DNA from: Clostridia bacterium
GTDB lineage: Bacteria > Bacillota > Clostridia > Christensenellales > CAG-917
Direction: 5' to 3'
Assembly (NCBI GenBank): GCA_028710495.1
Contig: JAQUST010000004.1
Location: forward strand, 1,613-65,612
DNA length: 64,000 nt
Position numbers and translations under genes: made by a program. This document shows positions 9,822 to 19,594 of the stretch, in pieces. Within the stretch, counting starts at the first letter, position 1. Each line of letters opens with the position of its first letter. Under the pieces are notes generated by a model. It saw nothing but the letters and a program-made list of their open reading frames with translations, was not told the origin of the DNA and ran no database searches.

Positions 9822-10922
9822 TTAATTTTCGGTTTGAATCAGTGAAAGAAGTTTCGCGGCTTTTTCGTCCATGTCAATGAGAGGGCGGATTTTATTTTTA
9901 GTAGAGCAGTCAGAGGGTTTCAAAAACAAATTTTTTGTTGAAGTGCCAATTAGACTCAAGATATCTTTTCTGTCTTCTCGTAATGCCAATACTCTTAAAT
10001 ATGGTTTTGAACTTAAAGCGAGTTCAAGAAGTTCTTGCTTTAACCCAAGTGTTGAGCAAGCCGCTATGCGTTTTATTGTTGCTTTAGTATATCTTTTTGA
10101 AGTGAGAGCAGTAACTTCACTCATCGATGTAAAAGTAAATTTTTTCAAGCGGTTTTCAAAACCTTCGCGAATATTTGCAATGTTGTGAAGTTGTTCAGCT
10201 GAAAGGGTGTTTAGAGCATAAAGACAAATGGCATCAAGTTTTTTGTAGTCGGGGCAGGTTGCTTTGACAAAAGGCGGAACAGATTTTGAAAAATCAGAGT
10301 GTTCCTTGATTTTTTTTCTTATCTGAGTTGAACTCAAAAAATTCTCCGTTTTTGCACTTGCAAAACGCTTTACTGTGTGAAAATCTATATCCATCTTGAG
10401 GGCACGAGCGGCTTTCAAATATTCAACGCCCAAAATATTGTTTGGTGTTCCAACCAATTCACTTACAAAAGCATCTTTTTCATCAAGTGTCAAAGTTCTA
10501 CTTTTTGCAACAGAAAAACCTTGCGACATATAGTTTTTGAACATTGTTTTGAATTCTTTGTTTTCATTGGTGAGACAATCAACTGCACTTTCCAAATCCT
10601 CAAGATTTCCGCACTCGCTTCCAAATGAAAGCATAAATTTTCCCAAAGGCTTTAAGGTTTTCAATGCACCGTAAGCAAAATTATGCGCAGGAGAAAGCGT
10701 ATAAACAATAGGAAGTTCAAAAACGCAATCCGCGCCAGCTTGAATCGCCCAATTTGCTCGAGTTGTTTTATCGGCAACGCAAATATCTCCACGCTGAGTG
10801 AAGCTACCACTCATCAATACGATAAGAGTGTCGCATCCGGTTTCAGCTTTAGCCTTTGCAATATGGTAAAGATGACCGTTGTGAAATGGATTGTATTCAG
10901 CTATTATTGCGCAAATTTTCAT
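9822..10922 (-). CDS. tmcAL: tRNA(Met) cytidine acetate ligase (YlbM/UPF0348 nucleotidyltransferase)
   Basis: 366 aa. The N-terminus MKICAIIAEYNPFHNGHLYH matches the YlbM/TmcAL HIGH-like nucleotidyltransferase signature. Confidence 0.8.
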   Translation of the reverse strand: MKICAIIAEYNPFHNGHLYHIAKAKAETGCDTLIVLMSGSFTQRGDICVADKTTRANWAIQAGADCVFELPIVYTLSPAHNFAYGALKTLKPLGKFMLSFGSECGNLEDLESAVDCLTNENKEFKTMFKNYMSQGFSVAKSRTLTLDEKDAFVSELVGTPNNILGVEYLKAARALKMDIDFHTVKRFASAKTENFLSSTQIRKKIKEHSDFSKSVPPFVKATCPDYKKLDAICLYALNTLSAEQLHNIANIREGFENRLKKFTFTSMSEVTALTSKRYTKATIKRIAACSTLGLKQELLELALSSKPYLRVLALREDRKDILSLIGTSTKNLFLKPSDCSTKNKIRPLIDMDEKAAKLLSLIQTEN

Positions 10923-11024
10923 AGTGTTTAATTAAGTTTTACCACATTATTGATTCAAAATCAAATTTTGTTAATGCTTAAATTCAAAAAAGTTTGAAGA
11001 GCTTCCAAAAACTGTCTCTTTTAC

Positions 11025-11053
11025 TTGATTTTATTTTTGATTACTTCTATAAT
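11025..11053 (+). promoter_or_regulatory. Sigma-A-type promoter for pta-ackA
   Basis: TTGATT (11025-11030), 17 nt, TATAAT (11048-11053), about 50 nt upstream of the pta ATG. Confidence 0.6.
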
Positions 11054-11105
11054 TATATAGGTAAAATAAATAAAAGCAACAAATTGCTAAAACTTTGGAG
11101 AGTTT

Positions 11106-12101
11106 ATGAAATTTTTGGACGGTCTTTACGAAAGAGCAAGCAAACTTGGCAAAATAATTGCCTTGGCAGAAGGCGAAGATTTTAGAGCAGCGAAAGCAGC
11201 GGAAATCCTAACAAAGAAAAAAATATGCAAGGTTGTCCTTATTGGCGACGAACGCGTAATATTGGAAAAGTTTCCTGAACTTGATTTAGAAGGCGTGACA
11301 TTTGAAAATCCAAAAACCGCCGCAAATTCCGACAACTATGCAAAAGTTCTTTATGAGCTTCGCAAGGAAAAGGGCATGACTTTGGAGGCTGCAGACAAAC
11401 TTATCCGCACAAATGCTATGTTTTATGGATGTGTGGCACTCAAGATGGGCGACATAGACGGTCTTGTTGGAGGTGCAGTATTTTCATCCGCAGATGTCTC
11501 GAGAGCTGCATTTCAAGTAATTAAAGCCAAAAAAGGTATAACTAGTGTTTCGAGTTGTTTCGTCATGGTTCCCCCTGACGATTTCAAATATTCGAATGCT
11601 CCTGCTTTTATCTTCTCGGATTGCGCAGTAATTCCTTATCCAAATCCAAACCAACTTTCCGATATCGTTTCTGCCGCATATCTCTCAGCAAAAAATATTG
11701 TTGAAGTTGAGCCGAAAATCGCAATGCTTTCATTCTCAACAAAGGGAAGTGCAAAGCACGAAAGTTGTGACAATGTCAGGGCAGCTCTTGATATAGTGAA
11801 AGAACTTCATCCTGATTACAATGTGGATGGTGAAATGCAGCTTGATGCCGCAATCGTTGAAAGTGTTGGTAAGCAAAAAGCTCCGGACAGCACTGTTGCA
11901 GGACAAGCAAACGTTTTAGTATTCCCTAACTTAGATGCAGGAAATATCGGATATAAACTTGCTCAACGCTTCGGCGGATGTATGGCAATAGGACCAATTA
12001 TGCAAGGTTTGGCTCTACCGGTAAATGACCTCTCCCGCGGATGTGTTGCAGAGGATATAGTCGCAGTTGCGGCAATCACAGCACTACAAAGCGCGAACTA
12101 G
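11106..12101 (+). CDS. pta: Phosphate acetyltransferase
   Basis: 331 aa. PTA_PTB family pattern (ALAEGED...AA, SADVSRAA, GPIMQGL..PVNDLSRG). Adjacent to ackA. Confidence 0.9.
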   Translation: MKFLDGLYERASKLGKIIALAEGEDFRAAKAAEILTKKKICKVVLIGDERVILEKFPELDLEGVTFENPKTAANSDNYAKVLYELRKEKGMTLEAADKLIRTNAMFYGCVALKMGDIDGLVGGAVFSSADVSRAAFQVIKAKKGITSVSSCFVMVPPDDFKYSNAPAFIFSDCAVIPYPNPNQLSDIVSAAYLSAKNIVEVEPKIAMLSFSTKGSAKHESCDNVRAALDIVKELHPDYNVDGEMQLDAAIVESVGKQKAPDSTVAGQANVLVFPNLDAGNIGYKLAQRFGGCMAIGPIMQGLALPVNDLSRGCVAEDIVAVAAITALQSAN

Positions 12102-12114
12102 GAGAATTGAACAA

Positions 12115-13305
12115 ATGAAAATATTGGTTATTAATGCAGGAAGCTCATCACTAAAATACCAACTTATTGATATGGATGACGAATCAGTAATATTGAAAGG
12201 ACTTTGCGAAAGAATAACATTCAGCGGCGGAGTATTAACACAAAAGACATTTGATGACAGAAAAATTGTTATAAAACAAGATATGCCAAGTCACAAAGAA
12301 GCTATGGAATTGGTGTTGAAAGCTATGCTCGACAAAGAGAATGGCGCACTCAAATCAATAGATGAAATAAGTGCTGTCGGACACAGAGTTCTCCATTCGG
12401 GCGAGGATTTCCACAGTTCTGTTGTCATAACAGATGAAGTAGTGAAAATTTGTGAAAAGAACATCGAACTTGGACCGCTTCATATGCCTGGTAATATTGC
12501 TTGCATAAAGAGCTGCCACGAAGTTATGCCAAATGTGCCGATGGTGGCAGTTTTTGACACTACATTTCATTCAACAATGCCGCAGAAAGCTTTTATGTAT
12601 GGAATTCCATACTCAGTTTACGAACAATATAAGGTCAGAAAATACGGTTTTCACGGAACTTCACACAAATTTGTTAGTGAAGAAGCAATCAAACTTTTAG
12701 GAATAAAGAATAGCAAAATTATTGTGTGTCATCTTGGCAACGGCTCATCAATATCCGCTGTGAAAGATGGAAAGTGTGTTGACACATCAATGGGTTTCAC
12801 TCCGCTTGAAGGTCTTGTTATGGGCACTAGAAGCGGTGATATCGACCCGGCAGCTGTTGAGTTTATACGTGAAAGACTTGGCATCAATGCTGAAGATATG
12901 GTTGATTATCTCAACAAAAAATGTGGAATGTACGGAATTAGCGAACTTTCAAGTGATTGCCGTGATTTGACTATCGCAGCTGAAAAAGGAAATAAGAAAG
13001 CTCAGCTTGCTCTGGAAATGGTAGCTTACCGTGTGAAAAAATACATTGGAAGCTATGCGGCAGTTTTGGGCGGTGTCGACGCAATCATATTTACGGGCGG
13101 TATTGGTGAACACTCCGATCTAACGCGTGAATTGGTTATGGAAAATATGGAATATTTGGGAGTTGATTTAAACAAAGAAAAGAACCTCAACTATGAAGAA
13201 GGAGTTTGGGAGCTTTCTACTCAAAAATCCAAAGTTAAAGTGCTTATTCTTCCAACAAATGAAGAACTTTCTATTGCTCGAGAGACAAAAGAACTCGTTG
13301 GTTAA
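12115..13305 (+). CDS. ackA: Acetate kinase
   Basis: MKILVINAGSSSLKYQL N-terminus, then GFHGTSH and GGIGEHS motifs. AGGAG lies upstream. The track start at 12067 overlaps pta and is rejected. Confidence 0.95.
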   Translation: MKILVINAGSSSLKYQLIDMDDESVILKGLCERITFSGGVLTQKTFDDRKIVIKQDMPSHKEAMELVLKAMLDKENGALKSIDEISAVGHRVLHSGEDFHSSVVITDEVVKICEKNIELGPLHMPGNIACIKSCHEVMPNVPMVAVFDTTFHSTMPQKAFMYGIPYSVYEQYKVRKYGFHGTSHKFVSEEAIKLLGIKNSKIIVCHLGNGSSISAVKDGKCVDTSMGFTPLEGLVMGTRSGDIDPAAVEFIRERLGINAEDMVDYLNKKCGMYGISELSSDCRDLTIAAEKGNKKAQLALEMVAYRVKKYIGSYAAVLGGVDAIIFTGGIGEHSDLTRELVMENMEYLGVDLNKEKNLNYEEGVWELSTQKSKVKVLILPTNEELSIARETKELVG

Positions 13306-13333
13306 AAATAATATCCGATTTATTGATTTTCGT

Positions 13334-13362
13334 TTGACAAGAGAGATTGTATATAATATAAT
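13334..13362 (+). promoter_or_regulatory. Consensus sigma-A promoter upstream of rpmF
   Basis: TTGACA (13334-13339), 17 nt, TATAAT (13357-13362). Both hexamers are perfect. Confidence 0.7.
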
Positions 13363-13421
13363 GTGCAAGTTCGATATAGGACAAAAGAGTGGTTTTGAAC
13401 CACTATGCAGGAGGTTGCAAA

Positions 13422-13610
13422 ATGGCAGTACCAAAAAGTAGAATTTCTAAAATGAAAAAGCATTCCCGTTCAGCAAACTGGAAGCTCTCACCTGTCGGTT
13501 TGGTTGAGTGCCCACAATGCCACGAGATGAAAAGAAGCCACAGAGTTTGCCCAAGTTGCGGTTATTATAACGGCGTATTGGTAAAAGCTCCAAAGCAAAA
13601 AGCTGAATAA
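13422..13610 (+). CDS. rpmF: 50S ribosomal protein L32
   Basis: MAVPKSRISKMKK..., with a CPQC...CPSCG zinc ribbon. AGGAGG lies 8 nt upstream. The track start at 13389 is rejected. Confidence 0.92.
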   Translation: MAVPKSRISKMKKHSRSANWKLSPVGLVECPQCHEMKRSHRVCPSCGYYNGVLVKAPKQKAE

Positions 13611-13627
13611 TTATTGCTAAACAATTC

Positions 13628-13654
13628 GGGCAAGCGTAGCGCTTGCCCATTTTT
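13628..13654 (+). terminator. Intrinsic terminator between rpmF and plsX
   Basis: GGGCAAGCG (13628-13636) pairs with CGCTTGCCC (13640-13648) around loop TAG, followed by ATTTTTC. Confidence 0.75.
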
Positions 13655-13676
13655 CTATATAGGAAATGGAGGGAAA

Positions 13677-14690
13677 ATGAAAATAGCGGTTGATGCGTTC
13701 GGTGGCGATTATGCCCCGCAAGAAATTGTAAAAGGCTCAGTTGTTGCTTTATCTCAAGGTGAAGGTTTCGATATTGTCCTATTTGGTGATGAAACGAAAA
13801 TTATGGCGGAACTTGAAAACTTGTCTTATGACAAGGCAAGGATTGCCGTAGTTGATGCAAAAGAAGTCATCACTAATGAAGAAAGTCCCACAATGGCAAT
13901 AAAAACTAAAAAAGATTCATCACTTGTCAAAGCTTTTGATTTTATGACTGAAAATGAAGATGCTCTTGCTTTGGTTTCGGCCGGAAGCACTGGTGCAGTG
14001 TTGACTGGCGCTTTTATGAAACTTGGCAGAATAAAAGGAATTTCAAGACCTGCTCTTGCTCCGATTCTACCGACAGTAGAAGGCGGTGGAGTAGTGATTT
14101 GTGATTGCGGTGCAAACGTTGATTGCAAACCGCAAAATATGCTTCATTTCGGTCTTATGGGTTCAGCATTTGCAAGCGCTATGCTTAACATACAAAGTCC
14201 GCGCGTAGGACTATTGTCAAACGGTGCTGAAGATAAAAAAGGCAATGAGCTCACAAAAGAATCATTTCTTCTTTTGAAAGAAAGCTGTTTGAATTTCAAA
14301 GGGAACTGTGAGGCGCGTGATATTTTGTCAGGTGAGTTTGATGTTGTTGTTTCGGACGGTTTTGACGGAAATATTGCTCTCAAATCCGCAGAAGGAACAG
14401 CAAATGCAATCTTCACTCTTCTTAAACAAAGTATAAAAGATGGCGGGCTTCGTGCAAAAATTGGCGCAGGGCTTTTACTGCCTTCACTCAAAGTTTTGAA
14501 AAAGAAAATGGATTACAACGAAAACGGTGGCGCTTGTTTTCTTGGTGTCAAAAAGGTTGTTGTCAAATCACACGGCGCATCAAAGGCCAAATCAATCTCT
14601 GCTTCAATCTTGCAGGCGGTTCAGCTTGTGAAAGGCGGAGTTATTGAAAAAATTACGGCTTCTGTTGCATCAGTTGTGGAAGAAAAATAG
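13677..14690 (+). CDS. plsX: Phosphate acyltransferase PlsX
   Basis: MKIAVDAFGGDYAP N-terminus and SAGSTGA motif. GGAGGG SD. The track start at 13614 runs through the terminator and is rejected. Confidence 0.92.
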   Translation: MKIAVDAFGGDYAPQEIVKGSVVALSQGEGFDIVLFGDETKIMAELENLSYDKARIAVVDAKEVITNEESPTMAIKTKKDSSLVKAFDFMTENEDALALVSAGSTGAVLTGAFMKLGRIKGISRPALAPILPTVEGGGVVICDCGANVDCKPQNMLHFGLMGSAFASAMLNIQSPRVGLLSNGAEDKKGNELTKESFLLLKESCLNFKGNCEARDILSGEFDVVVSDGFDGNIALKSAEGTANAIFTLLKQSIKDGGLRAKIGAGLLLPSLKVLKKKMDYNENGGACFLGVKKVVVKSHGASKAKSISASILQAVQLVKGGVIEKITASVASVVEEK

Positions 14691-14698
14691 GAAAAATT

Positions 14699-15385
14699 AT
14701 GTTAGAACATTTTTCACAAATCGAAAATACTATCGGATATGAGTTCAAAGACATTGAACTATTAGTGCGTGCGTTCACACACAATTCATATTCCAATGCA
14801 AGACACACCAAAAATTATCAAAGACTTGAGTTTTTGGGCGATAGCATTTTAGATTTTGTTGTTGCTAAATATTTACTCGAAACATTTCTTGAATTCCCCG
14901 AGGGGAAACTTACGCAAATGCGTTCGCAGATTGTTTCAGAAAATCCACTTTCCAATGCCGTTACGCGAATGGGAATACAAAAATATATGCTTTTGGGCAG
15001 TGGTGAAAAGAAACAAAATGTAAACGAACTTCAATCTGTCAAGGCGGATTTGTTTGAATCTGTCGTTGGCGCTATATATGCTGATTGCAAATCGATTGAG
15101 ATTGTTGAAAAGTTTATTGTGAGTGCTTTAGCAGAAGAAATTGAATTCGCTTGCGAAGAAGTGCATCAGGAACAGGATTCAAAATCAAAAATAAATGAAT
15201 ATGCTCTTAAGCACGGAGTTTCGATAGAATATGTCTTGAAAGAAAACAAAGGACCTGACCACGCGCCAGTGTTTTCATATTCAGTGCTGATTGATGAAAA
15301 AGTGAAAGGCAACGGAAAGGGTCGCAATAAAAAAGAAGCTCAGCAGGCTGCTGCAAAATCCGCACTGTCAAAATTGAAAGACTAA
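14699..15385 (+). CDS. rnc: Ribonuclease III
   Basis: RNase III signature ERLEFLGDSILDFVV and a C-terminal dsRBD (GKGRNKKEAQQAAAKSAL). Confidence 0.93.
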   Translation: MLEHFSQIENTIGYEFKDIELLVRAFTHNSYSNARHTKNYQRLEFLGDSILDFVVAKYLLETFLEFPEGKLTQMRSQIVSENPLSNAVTRMGIQKYMLLGSGEKKQNVNELQSVKADLFESVVGAIYADCKSIEIVEKFIVSALAEEIEFACEEVHQEQDSKSKINEYALKHGVSIEYVLKENKGPDHAPVFSYSVLIDEKVKGNGKGRNKKEAQQAAAKSALSKLKD

Positions 15386-15534
15386 GATTAAGAGTATCAC
15401 TAAATTATCCATTTAATAAAAAAAAATATATAGCTAAATGATAAATAGCAAAAAAAACTTAATTAACTTAATTGCTTAGAATGCTCAAAAAGTTTATTTA
15501 ATTCTGTATTACAATAAATTTAATCTTTTGACAA

Positions 15535-15563
15535 ATCACCACAAGATGTGGTGATTTTTTTTG
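15535..15563 (+). terminator. Intrinsic terminator about 150 nt downstream of rnc
   Basis: ATCACCAC (15535-15542) pairs with GTGGTGAT (15548-15555) around loop AAGAT, followed by T8. Confidence 0.7.
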
Positions 15564-15661
15564 TTTTATCAAACTATTTATTCTTGATTTATAAGTATAA
15601 TTATGCTATCATACTTAAGATTGAAATAATATTGTGTAGAAATGTATAATAGAGGAAAAAT

Positions 15662-18600
15662 TTGAATTTTAACAAAATCGAAATAAGAGGCTTTAAATCT
15701 TTTGCCGACAAAGTTACTATCGACTTCAAAGACGGTGTAACGGCAATTATTGGGCCAAACGGATGCGGAAAATCCAATATTGCTGATGCAATTCGTTGGA
15801 CTCTGGGCGAACAGAGTGCAAAGTCTTTGCGTGGCAAAAATATGCAGGATGTCATTTTCAATGGCACTGAAAACCGCCATTCAACATCTTATTGCGAAGT
15901 TTCGTTATATTTTGATAACACAAATCATCAAGTTTTTCCAAACATAGATTTTGACGAAGTGGTTATCACTCGAAAGCTTGACCGAAGCGGAAACAGCGAA
16001 TATCAAATCAACAAAACACGTTGTAGAATGAAAGATGTCATCAATCTCATTCACGATACCGGCATCGGCAAAGAAGGCTACTCAATCATTGGACAGGGCC
16101 GAATTGACGAAATTCTTTCTGCAAAGCCAGATGACAGAAGACATATTTTTGAAGAAGCCGCGGGCATTTCAAAATTCCGTTATCAACGCACAGAGGCTGA
16201 ACGCAAACTTGAAAAAACTATGAATAATCTTGCTATCGCAAATGAGCGAATAAGTGAGATTGAGCGTCAGCTTGTTCCGCTAAGAAAACAAGCGGAGGCA
16301 ACGAAAAAGTATATTGATTTCCGTGACCAACTAAAATTGCAAGAAGTCAATTTATATATTTATCAATATGAAAACAATGAGAGTGTAAAGACAAAAATAA
16401 ATGACCGCTTGAAAAATTCTACAAATGAATTGGTTCGTATTGAAAGCAGATTTTCTCAATGTATTGCAGAATATGACCAATGTATGCGTGATATGTCATC
16501 TCTTGACGATGTCACAAAAGAATATAATTCGGAGCTTTTGTCACTTCGTGTTGATGCAGAAAAGGTTGCAGGTGAGGGAAAAGTTTTTCAAGAGCGACTT
16601 GCAAATTTGACATCAGATGAGCGTCGTTTGTCAGACGAATTGAAATCATTAGAGATGCAGCTTTATGTTGTTGCTGAGCAAATCCAAAAAGCTGAGGAAC
16701 AAAAGGAAGAAAAGCTTAAGAAATTTGTTGAACTTTCTGAAGAGCAAAAGAAAACTGAATCGCTGGTTAGTGAATTGTCACTTAGTTTGAGTGATGCTGA
16801 AAATCAGCTTGAATCAAAAAGCAACGATTATTACAATACTATTGAAGAACTTGCAAGTTTGAAATCAAACCTTGCTTCATTCACGACTGAGCGTGGCATT
16901 CAGCAAGACCGCGCAAAAAATCTTCAATCACTTTTAAATCAAAAAAAGCAAAATCTAGATGAGGAAATTACTGCGCTTACTATTGCGGACAGCAATTTTT
17001 CAAATGCTAAAAATGAGATGCGCAAGCTTATCACGGCTCACAACGAAAACATTGCAAACCGAGACGAATCAAAAGAAGCGATTCTTGGTTACAATGAAGA
17101 TATACTTTCGTTCAATACTCGCCTTGGAGTTATGGAAGGAAATTTGCGTTCTCTTATTTCGATAAAAGAGGATTATGCAGGATATCAGGGTGCTGTTCAG
17201 GCACTTATGAATGATGCAAAATCAAATCAATCGATTGCAGGGAAGCTTTTGGGCGTTGTAGCAGAAATTATTGACGTTCCAATTGATTATGTCGCAGCAG
17301 TTGAAAATGCACTAGGTTCTACGCTTCAAAATATTGTTTGCGAAACTGAAGAAGATGCAAGCTACCTCATCGACTATTTGAAACAAAAAAAATATGGTCG
17401 TGCCACATTCCGTCCTATTTCAGCTTGTCGCCCTAAATCCTTAAATGGACAAAACCGTGCAGCACTCAACGAGAGAGGCTGTCTGGGTTTGGTTTGCGAC
17501 CTTATTTCCTATGACCACAAATACGATAAAATTATGGCGGCATTGCTTGGGGACACTGTTATTGTTGACAATAAAATGACTGGTATCCGCTTGTATAGGA
17601 CTTACAATCAATCTTTTAGGATTGTCACACTTGACGGTGATATATTTGCTCAAAACGGTTCAATGACCGGTGGTAGTCGCCGAAACGAAAAGAGTGGATT
17701 GCTTGAACAAGAAACAAATATTTCCAATGCCAAAGAAAATCTCGAAAAATTGAAACATAATCTTTCAAAGATTATGGCTTTGCGCGCTGAAAAGCAAAAA
17801 GAAGTTCAAGAAACTGAACGACTTTCGCAGGAAATTGAAAGCCAGCTTGGAGAACTCAGAGTCAGTTGCAGTTTGTTTGAGGAACGCTCAAAACTAGCTT
17901 CGAAAAATGTTGAAGATTTGAAAACTGAGATTTCTGTGGGCGCAAAAGACTTGGAAGAACTTCAATTTGCAGTGAAAGAACTTACTCAAAAAATTGGTTC
18001 GATTGACCAACTTGAACAGTCGGTTGCGCAAAAGAAAGATGAGTTGGGTTCAATCAGCCAACGCTCAAAATCTTCATCTACTGACAAAAAAATAGAAAAA
18101 GAACAAGTTTTGAACAGACTTATGGAATTGCGTCTCGAAATTGCGACATTGAAAGGCACTATTGATGGACTTGATGCAGAAATTTTCCGCGCACAACGTG
18201 AGCAGGGTTCAATGAAAGAAAGTCAGCTTGACACAAAATCGGAGCATTTATCAATTACTGCACGTATTGATGCATTGCAAAATGCACCACAGCGTACGGA
18301 ATTTTCACAAAAAGAAAGGGACAGAATCAAGTTTTTGCAAGATGAAATCAATGCTTTATCTGATAGAAAGATTTATCTCAATTCGCGCGTTGCCGAACTT
18401 GATAGCGACAGAAACAAATTGTCAGAAGAAAAATCGACAGTTACTGAACGCAAAGCCCGCGATGAAGGTATGCTTGAAAGAGTTGATATAGAAATCCGTA
18501 GTATGCAAGAGCATATTTTGGAAGAATATGACCTTACATATTCAAGTGCGCTTGTATTCAAATTTGAAGAGTTCAATTCCAAAGAGTCTCAATCTCAAAT

Positions 18601-19279
18601 TTCATCATTAAAGAGAGACCTTTCAAGACTTGGAGATGTTAACCTTTTGGCTATCACTGATTTGAAAGAAATGGAAGAGCGATTTGAAGAACTCAGTGGA
18701 GAGCGTGATGACATTCAGGCAGGATATAATGACTTGAAGCAGATTATTGCAGAATTGACCGATGAAATGGTTGTTAAATTCACTGATGCATTCAACAAAA
18801 TCAATGAAAACTTTCAACATATTTTCAAAAAGCTGTTTGACGGTGGTACAGGCAAACTAATTCTTGAAGCAGTCGATGTCGATTCCGATGGAAAAACTAT
18901 TGACCCGCTTGAGGCAGGAATAGAAATCTTTGCACAGCCTCCAGGAAAAAAATTGCAACATATTTCGTTGCTTTCCGGTGGAGAAAAAGCACTTACTGCT
19001 ATATCAATTTTATTTGCGATTTTGGAACTTAAGCCTATGCCATTCTGCGTTTTGGATGAGATTGAGGCAGCGCTTGATGATGCAAATGCCAATTTGTTCT
19101 CTGAACTGTTGCGAATGTTCAGTGACAAGACGCAATTTATTGTTATTACTCACCGCAAACCTACAATGAGAAATGCTGATGCAATTTTCGGTGTTACTAT
19201 GCAGGAAAAAGGTGTGACGAAGATTGTTCATATCGAATTTGAGGAAGCATTGAAGCATGTTCAAGATGCTAGCGCTTAA
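15662..19279 (+). CDS. smc: Chromosome segregation protein SMC
   Basis: 1205 aa. N-terminal Walker A GPNGCGKSN, long coiled coils, a hinge (GYQGAV...), and C-terminal LSGGEKALTAI plus DEIEAALD. TTG start with GAGGA upstream. Confidence 0.95.
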   Translation: MNFNKIEIRGFKSFADKVTIDFKDGVTAIIGPNGCGKSNIADAIRWTLGEQSAKSLRGKNMQDVIFNGTENRHSTSYCEVSLYFDNTNHQVFPNIDFDEVVITRKLDRSGNSEYQINKTRCRMKDVINLIHDTGIGKEGYSIIGQGRIDEILSAKPDDRRHIFEEAAGISKFRYQRTEAERKLEKTMNNLAIANERISEIERQLVPLRKQAEATKKYIDFRDQLKLQEVNLYIYQYENNESVKTKINDRLKNSTNELVRIESRFSQCIAEYDQCMRDMSSLDDVTKEYNSELLSLRVDAEKVAGEGKVFQERLANLTSDERRLSDELKSLEMQLYVVAEQIQKAEEQKEEKLKKFVELSEEQKKTESLVSELSLSLSDAENQLESKSNDYYNTIEELASLKSNLASFTTERGIQQDRAKNLQSLLNQKKQNLDEEITALTIADSNFSNAKNEMRKLITAHNENIANRDESKEAILGYNEDILSFNTRLGVMEGNLRSLISIKEDYAGYQGAVQALMNDAKSNQSIAGKLLGVVAEIIDVPIDYVAAVENALGSTLQNIVCETEEDASYLIDYLKQKKYGRATFRPISACRPKSLNGQNRAALNERGCLGLVCDLISYDHKYDKIMAALLGDTVIVDNKMTGIRLYRTYNQSFRIVTLDGDIFAQNGSMTGGSRRNEKSGLLEQETNISNAKENLEKLKHNLSKIMALRAEKQKEVQETERLSQEIESQLGELRVSCSLFEERSKLASKNVEDLKTEISVGAKDLEELQFAVKELTQKIGSIDQLEQSVAQKKDELGSISQRSKSSSTDKKIEKEQVLNRLMELRLEIATLKGTIDGLDAEIFRAQREQGSMKESQLDTKSEHLSITARIDALQNAPQRTEFSQKERDRIKFLQDEINALSDRKIYLNSRVAELDSDRNKLSEEKSTVTERKARDEGMLERVDIEIRSMQEHILEEYDLTYSSALVFKFEEFNSKESQSQISSLKRDLSRLGDVNLLAITDLKEMEERFEELSGERDDIQAGYNDLKQIIAELTDEMVVKFTDAFNKINENFQHIFKKLFDGGTGKLILEAVDVDSDGKTIDPLEAGIEIFAQPPGKKLQHISLLSGGEKALTAISILFAILELKPMPFCVLDEIEAALDDANANLFSELLRMFSDKTQFIVITHRKPTMRNADAIFGVTMQEKGVTKIVHIEFEEALKHVQDASA

Positions 19280-19594
19280 CAAGCATATAATGATTTTAAT
19301 TTGACATTTATAATCGAAATGTTCTATTTATTTGTATGTGAATACAAACAAGATTAATAAACGAAATACATATCAGTAAAAATAATAGTGCATTTATTTG
19401 CAGAGAAATAATGGGTGCTTGTATGAACAAAATACGAGAATACTTATTGCTTAGAAATTTGCGAATTCTTGATTGATAAAAGACAATAATAATATGTATA
19501 GAAATACAAGAATGCTTTGAATACAAAACAAGAATACTTTGAATGAAAAAACGGGACAGCAATGCACTTTTGTTTATTAAAGTGAAGAGGTATA

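Noticed and set aside
15386-15563. A candidate sRNA ending at the 15535-15563 terminator downstream of rnc.
   Set aside because: I could not find a convincing promoter. The simpler reading is a distal terminator for the plsX-rnc transcript.
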